A stretch of DNA of 64,000 nt from Cyanobacteria bacterium P01_A01_bin.123. GTDB lineage: Bacteria > Cyanobacteriota > Cyanobacteriia > Phormidesmidales > Phormidesmidaceae. Under the pieces are notes generated by a model. That model was given only the letters and a program-made list of their open reading frames with translations, was not told where the DNA came from and did no database searches. Below are positions 61,099 to 64,000 of this stretch, piece after piece. Position 1 is the first letter of the stretch. Every line of letters begins with the position of its first letter. The position numbers were made by a program, and so were the translations under genes. The stretch lies in the NCBI GenBank assembly GCA_039815185.1, contig JBCBZT010000001.1, forward strand, positions 32,001 to 96,000, read 5' to 3'.

Positions 61099-64000
61099 AT
61101 GAATACCCCCAACAAATTTCTCCCCTATCTCCGGACTGGCGCAGCCACCGTGATAGACACCGTCGATAATGCCAACAGCCCGGCCCATTTCAGAACCACT
61201 GCCACGGTAGCGGTCAATGGCACTCCGGTGTCTACTCCGATTCATCTATTTGGGCCTGGGGACGTCATTGGGCTAGATCAAAACCAAATTTTGCGGCGGG
61301 AACCGGCACCAGAGGAGGTTGACTTTGAGCCCAATTATTTCCCAATGGTGGAGCTGCGAGAGGCAGATTTGCCCTGGCGGTTCACCCCAACGCAGGCGGA
61401 TCCAGACGGGGGGGTGCGACCCTGGCTGACCTTAATCACGCTAGAAGTCGATGCCAGTCTGGCAGCACAGCCATCGGGGGAAGCGCCTTTGCCGGCGATC
61501 GCCGCACCGCTAGCCGAACTCCCCAACCTGGAAGAAGTTGCCCTCTGGGCCCATGTGCAAGTGTCTGGCCCGTTTCCTTCAACCCAGATGAGCTCGGCAA
61601 CCCTCCAGGAATATATCGGAGACCATCCTGACCGGGCGATCGCCCGGCTACTCTCTCCCCGACGGCTTAAACCCAACACAGGCTATCTGCTTTGCCTGGT
61701 ACCCACCTTCGAGGTGGGACGCTTGGCTGGCCTGGGCGAAGACTTTGATGAGGATGCCTTAGGATTGCAGCCCGCTTGGAACTTTGACCCGGAAAGCTCA
61801 GGGCATGTCAAGCTGCCTGTTTATGACCTGTGGCAGTTTCGCACTGGCGCAGCGGGAGACTTCGAGAGCTTAGCGGCAGCGCTACAACCCTATCAGTATG
61901 CAGAGGAGATTGCCCTACAGCGGTTCACTGTCGATCCCCTATTGGCAGGAGACGACGTTTCTTTGCCACTAGAAGGAGCCCTGCGTCCGGTTGTTGAGAA
62001 TCGAGTGATCGAACCAGTACCTAACCCAGTGCCTCAAACGCTGACGGACTGGCTTAACCGCTCAGCCGAGATTGAAGAGCAGGGCGGCGACCCCCAGGTA
62101 ACCCCACCAATTTACGGTCGTTGGCAGGCCGATCGGCGGCGGGTGAATGGGGCTGACAGCCCAGACTGGTTGGATGAACTCAACCTGGATCCGCGTCATC
62201 GGATTGCTGCCGCCGCTGGGGGTGATGTGGTGCAGCAGTATCAAGATGAATTTGTGCAGATGGCCTGGCAGCAAACCGGACAATTGCCAGAAGCCAATCG
62301 TCTCTTGCGGCAGGCCCAAGCAGCCAGTTTGATCAGCACTCGCCTCCAGCAGCGCCATTTCAAATCTCTGCCTGCCGATGTGTTACTCCAGGTAGCCGGG
62401 CCTAGCCAATCGCGGATTCGTCCCTGGGACAGTGATCAAACGCTATACAAAACCATTGAGTCTAGCTCTGTCCCCGAAGCTGGGTTTGAAGGGGCCTTTC
62501 GACGCATGACGCGATCGCGCGGTCCCCACTTACGCCGGGTCCTCAGCAGCACGGACGAGAACAGCCGGACTTTCTTCTTTCAGCAGGGGTATCAGCCCTA
62601 TCTGATTCGCAGTGGTCAAGTGATCGATGAGGGCAATATCTCAGCCCCCTCACAATGGCAAGCGCATACGGTCGGCTCCCTTAAGGTGATCAAGCGCCTC
62701 ACCCAAAGTAGCAATATCTACTCCCTCCCCCATGACCCAGCCGATCTACCGAAGCGCGGCACCCTCTACCGGATCGGCGATTATCGCTGGAAGGATCTGA
62801 AATTTGCCATGCTAATGCGAACAACCGACAACGACGCCATGGGGGTGATGTTTCGCTATCGCGACAGCCGCAACTTTTATCGCTTTTCGATGGACAATCA
62901 GCGCAAATATCGACGGTTGGTGAAATGCGTTAACGGCAGATTCACGCTGCTCTGGCAAGATGGCTTTATCTACCAACCCAACCAAACCTATGCCTTTCGG
63001 GTCGTCGTAGAAGGCAGTCGGATTCGCCTCTCAATGGGCACTAGCAGACCGATTCAGTTTGCTGAAGTGATCGACAGTTCTATCCGCTCCGGCAATGTCG
63101 CTCTCTACATTTGGGGGAATCACTTTACAGAATTCCGCGATCTCCAGCTTGACGTCAACCCCGGCTACGGGCTGCATGACAACTTAAGAGCTCAGGTCGT
63201 TGACGAAGGCAATACTGCCGCTCCCTCAAAATGGAAAGTCGAAGACGGCATCCTGAAGCAAACGAGTAATATCTACAGCGTTCCAAAGGATCGCAATGAA
63301 CTTGCCAAACGTGGCACCTACCTGAAGGCTGGACAACCCTATTGGAAAGATTATTCCATTGAGGCAACCCTAGCCACCCAGGATGACGATGCCATTGGGT
63401 TGATGTTCCGCTATCAGGATACGAAGAATTTCTATCGGTTTTCGATGGATCAGCAGCGCTCGTATCAACGCTTGGTGAAATGCGTCAACGGCAAATTCAC
63501 CTTGCTTTGGCAGCGAGAAGAAGGCTTTGACACGAGCTTCTTCCATGTAGGTAATGTAGTCAAACTGATTGCCGACGGCACTCGGTTGATCGGTTATCTC
63601 AACCGCAGCAAAATTTTTGATCTGCGTGATCACAGCCATAGGCAGGGCAAAATCGCTTTCTACTGCTGGGGGACTCCCGATGCCGAATTTCGTAACGTGA
63701 AGGTTAGGCCTTTGCACCGCGATCGCCTGCTGAATCGACTCAATTTAGGGCTAATTGAGGGCAATCTCCCGTCCCCATTAGAAATGGAGACGCTGAAGCA
63801 AACCTTCCTGACCGAAACCAACGGTCAGAAACTGGTGAATGCCCGCATCCGCGATCGCATTCAGTCCGCCGCTCTGATAGACACCGAACCCACTCCTCTG
63901 CACTCAGCCCCGAAAATCCCCCAACCCCTGGCCCCCAAACTCATCGAACAGGCCCCTAATCTGCTGCTACCCGGCATGCAGTCTGTACCGGATAGCGCCG
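61099..64000 (+). CDS. Large conserved hypothetical protein (partial, >967 aa) with two tandem TSP-C/L-lectin-like beta-sandwich domains
   Basis: Not in the ORF track. Manual translation is open from ATG 61099 (GGAG RBS; in-frame ATG also at 61021) to the window end: FLPYLRTG...LFGPGDVIGLD...FEPNYFPMVEL..ADLPWRFTP...RPWL...WAHVQ...LVPTFEVGRLAGLG...WQFRTG..GDFESL...PPIYGRW...ELNLDPRHR...AWQQ. Confidence 0.85.
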   Translation, partial: MNTPNKFLPYLRTGAATVIDTVDNANSPAHFRTTATVAVNGTPVSTPIHLFGPGDVIGLDQNQILRREPAPEEVDFEPNYFPMVELREADLPWRFTPTQADPDGGVRPWLTLITLEVDASLAAQPSGEAPLPAIAAPLAELPNLEEVALWAHVQVSGPFPSTQMSSATLQEYIGDHPDRAIARLLSPRRLKPNTGYLLCLVPTFEVGRLAGLGEDFDEDALGLQPAWNFDPESSGHVKLPVYDLWQFRTGAAGDFESLAAALQPYQYAEEIALQRFTVDPLLAGDDVSLPLEGALRPVVENRVIEPVPNPVPQTLTDWLNRSAEIEEQGGDPQVTPPIYGRWQADRRRVNGADSPDWLDELNLDPRHRIAAAAGGDVVQQYQDEFVQMAWQQTGQLPEANRLLRQAQAASLISTRLQQRHFKSLPADVLLQVAGPSQSRIRPWDSDQTLYKTIESSSVPEAGFEGAFRRMTRSRGPHLRRVLSSTDENSRTFFFQQGYQPYLIRSGQVIDEGNISAPSQWQAHTVGSLKVIKRLTQSSNIYSLPHDPADLPKRGTLYRIGDYRWKDLKFAMLMRTTDNDAMGVMFRYRDSRNFYRFSMDNQRKYRRLVKCVNGRFTLLWQDGFIYQPNQTYAFRVVVEGSRIRLSMGTSRPIQFAEVIDSSIRSGNVALYIWGNHFTEFRDLQLDVNPGYGLHDNLRAQVVDEGNTAAPSKWKVEDGILKQTSNIYSVPKDRNELAKRGTYLKAGQPYWKDYSIEATLATQDDDAIGLMFRYQDTKNFYRFSMDQQRSYQRLVKCVNGKFTLLWQREEGFDTSFFHVGNVVKLIADGTRLIGYLNRSKIFDLRDHSHRQGKIAFYCWGTPDAEFRNVKVRPLHRDRLLNRLNLGLIEGNLPSPLEMETLKQTFLTETNGQKLVNARIRDRIQSAALIDTEPTPLHSAPKIPQPLAPKLIEQAPNLLLPGMQSVPDSA

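Overview
Cyanobacterial chromosome window. HIP1 octamers (GCGATCGC) are dense throughout, and the gene set (por, ggpS/gghA, gshA, DUF3181, DUF1830) fits a salt-tolerant filamentous Leptolyngbya/Nodosilinea-like strain; that taxonomy is inference. Most of it is core genome: glucosylglycerol synthesis/hydrolysis, dprA, por, gltA-sixA-DHH-HNH, alr, peroxiredoxins, a LysM/M23 peptidase, trmL, gshA, dnaK-dnaJ, ABC-F, ald, moaC and four tRNAs (Ser-GCT, Met-CAT, Leu-TAG, Arg-ACG). Both ends are accessory. The left end has two large multidomain, probably extracellular proteins separated by three stacked hairpins. The right end (54.3-64 kb) holds the most interesting element: a co-oriented cluster of very large uncharacterised genes. 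These are a signal-less PhoD-type metallophosphoesterase, a DUF6603-like beta-rich protein, and a >967-aa protein missed by the ORF track that carries two tandem thrombospondin-C/L-lectin-like domains. The cluster runs off the window edge. Also seen: two families of small dispersed MITE/REP-like repeats, an orphan terminator suggesting an sRNA, and a DnaK with a long Tyr/Asp/Arg/Pro repeat tail. No CRISPR array, rRNA, transposase or integrase was found. All family calls come from motif recognition by eye, not database searches.
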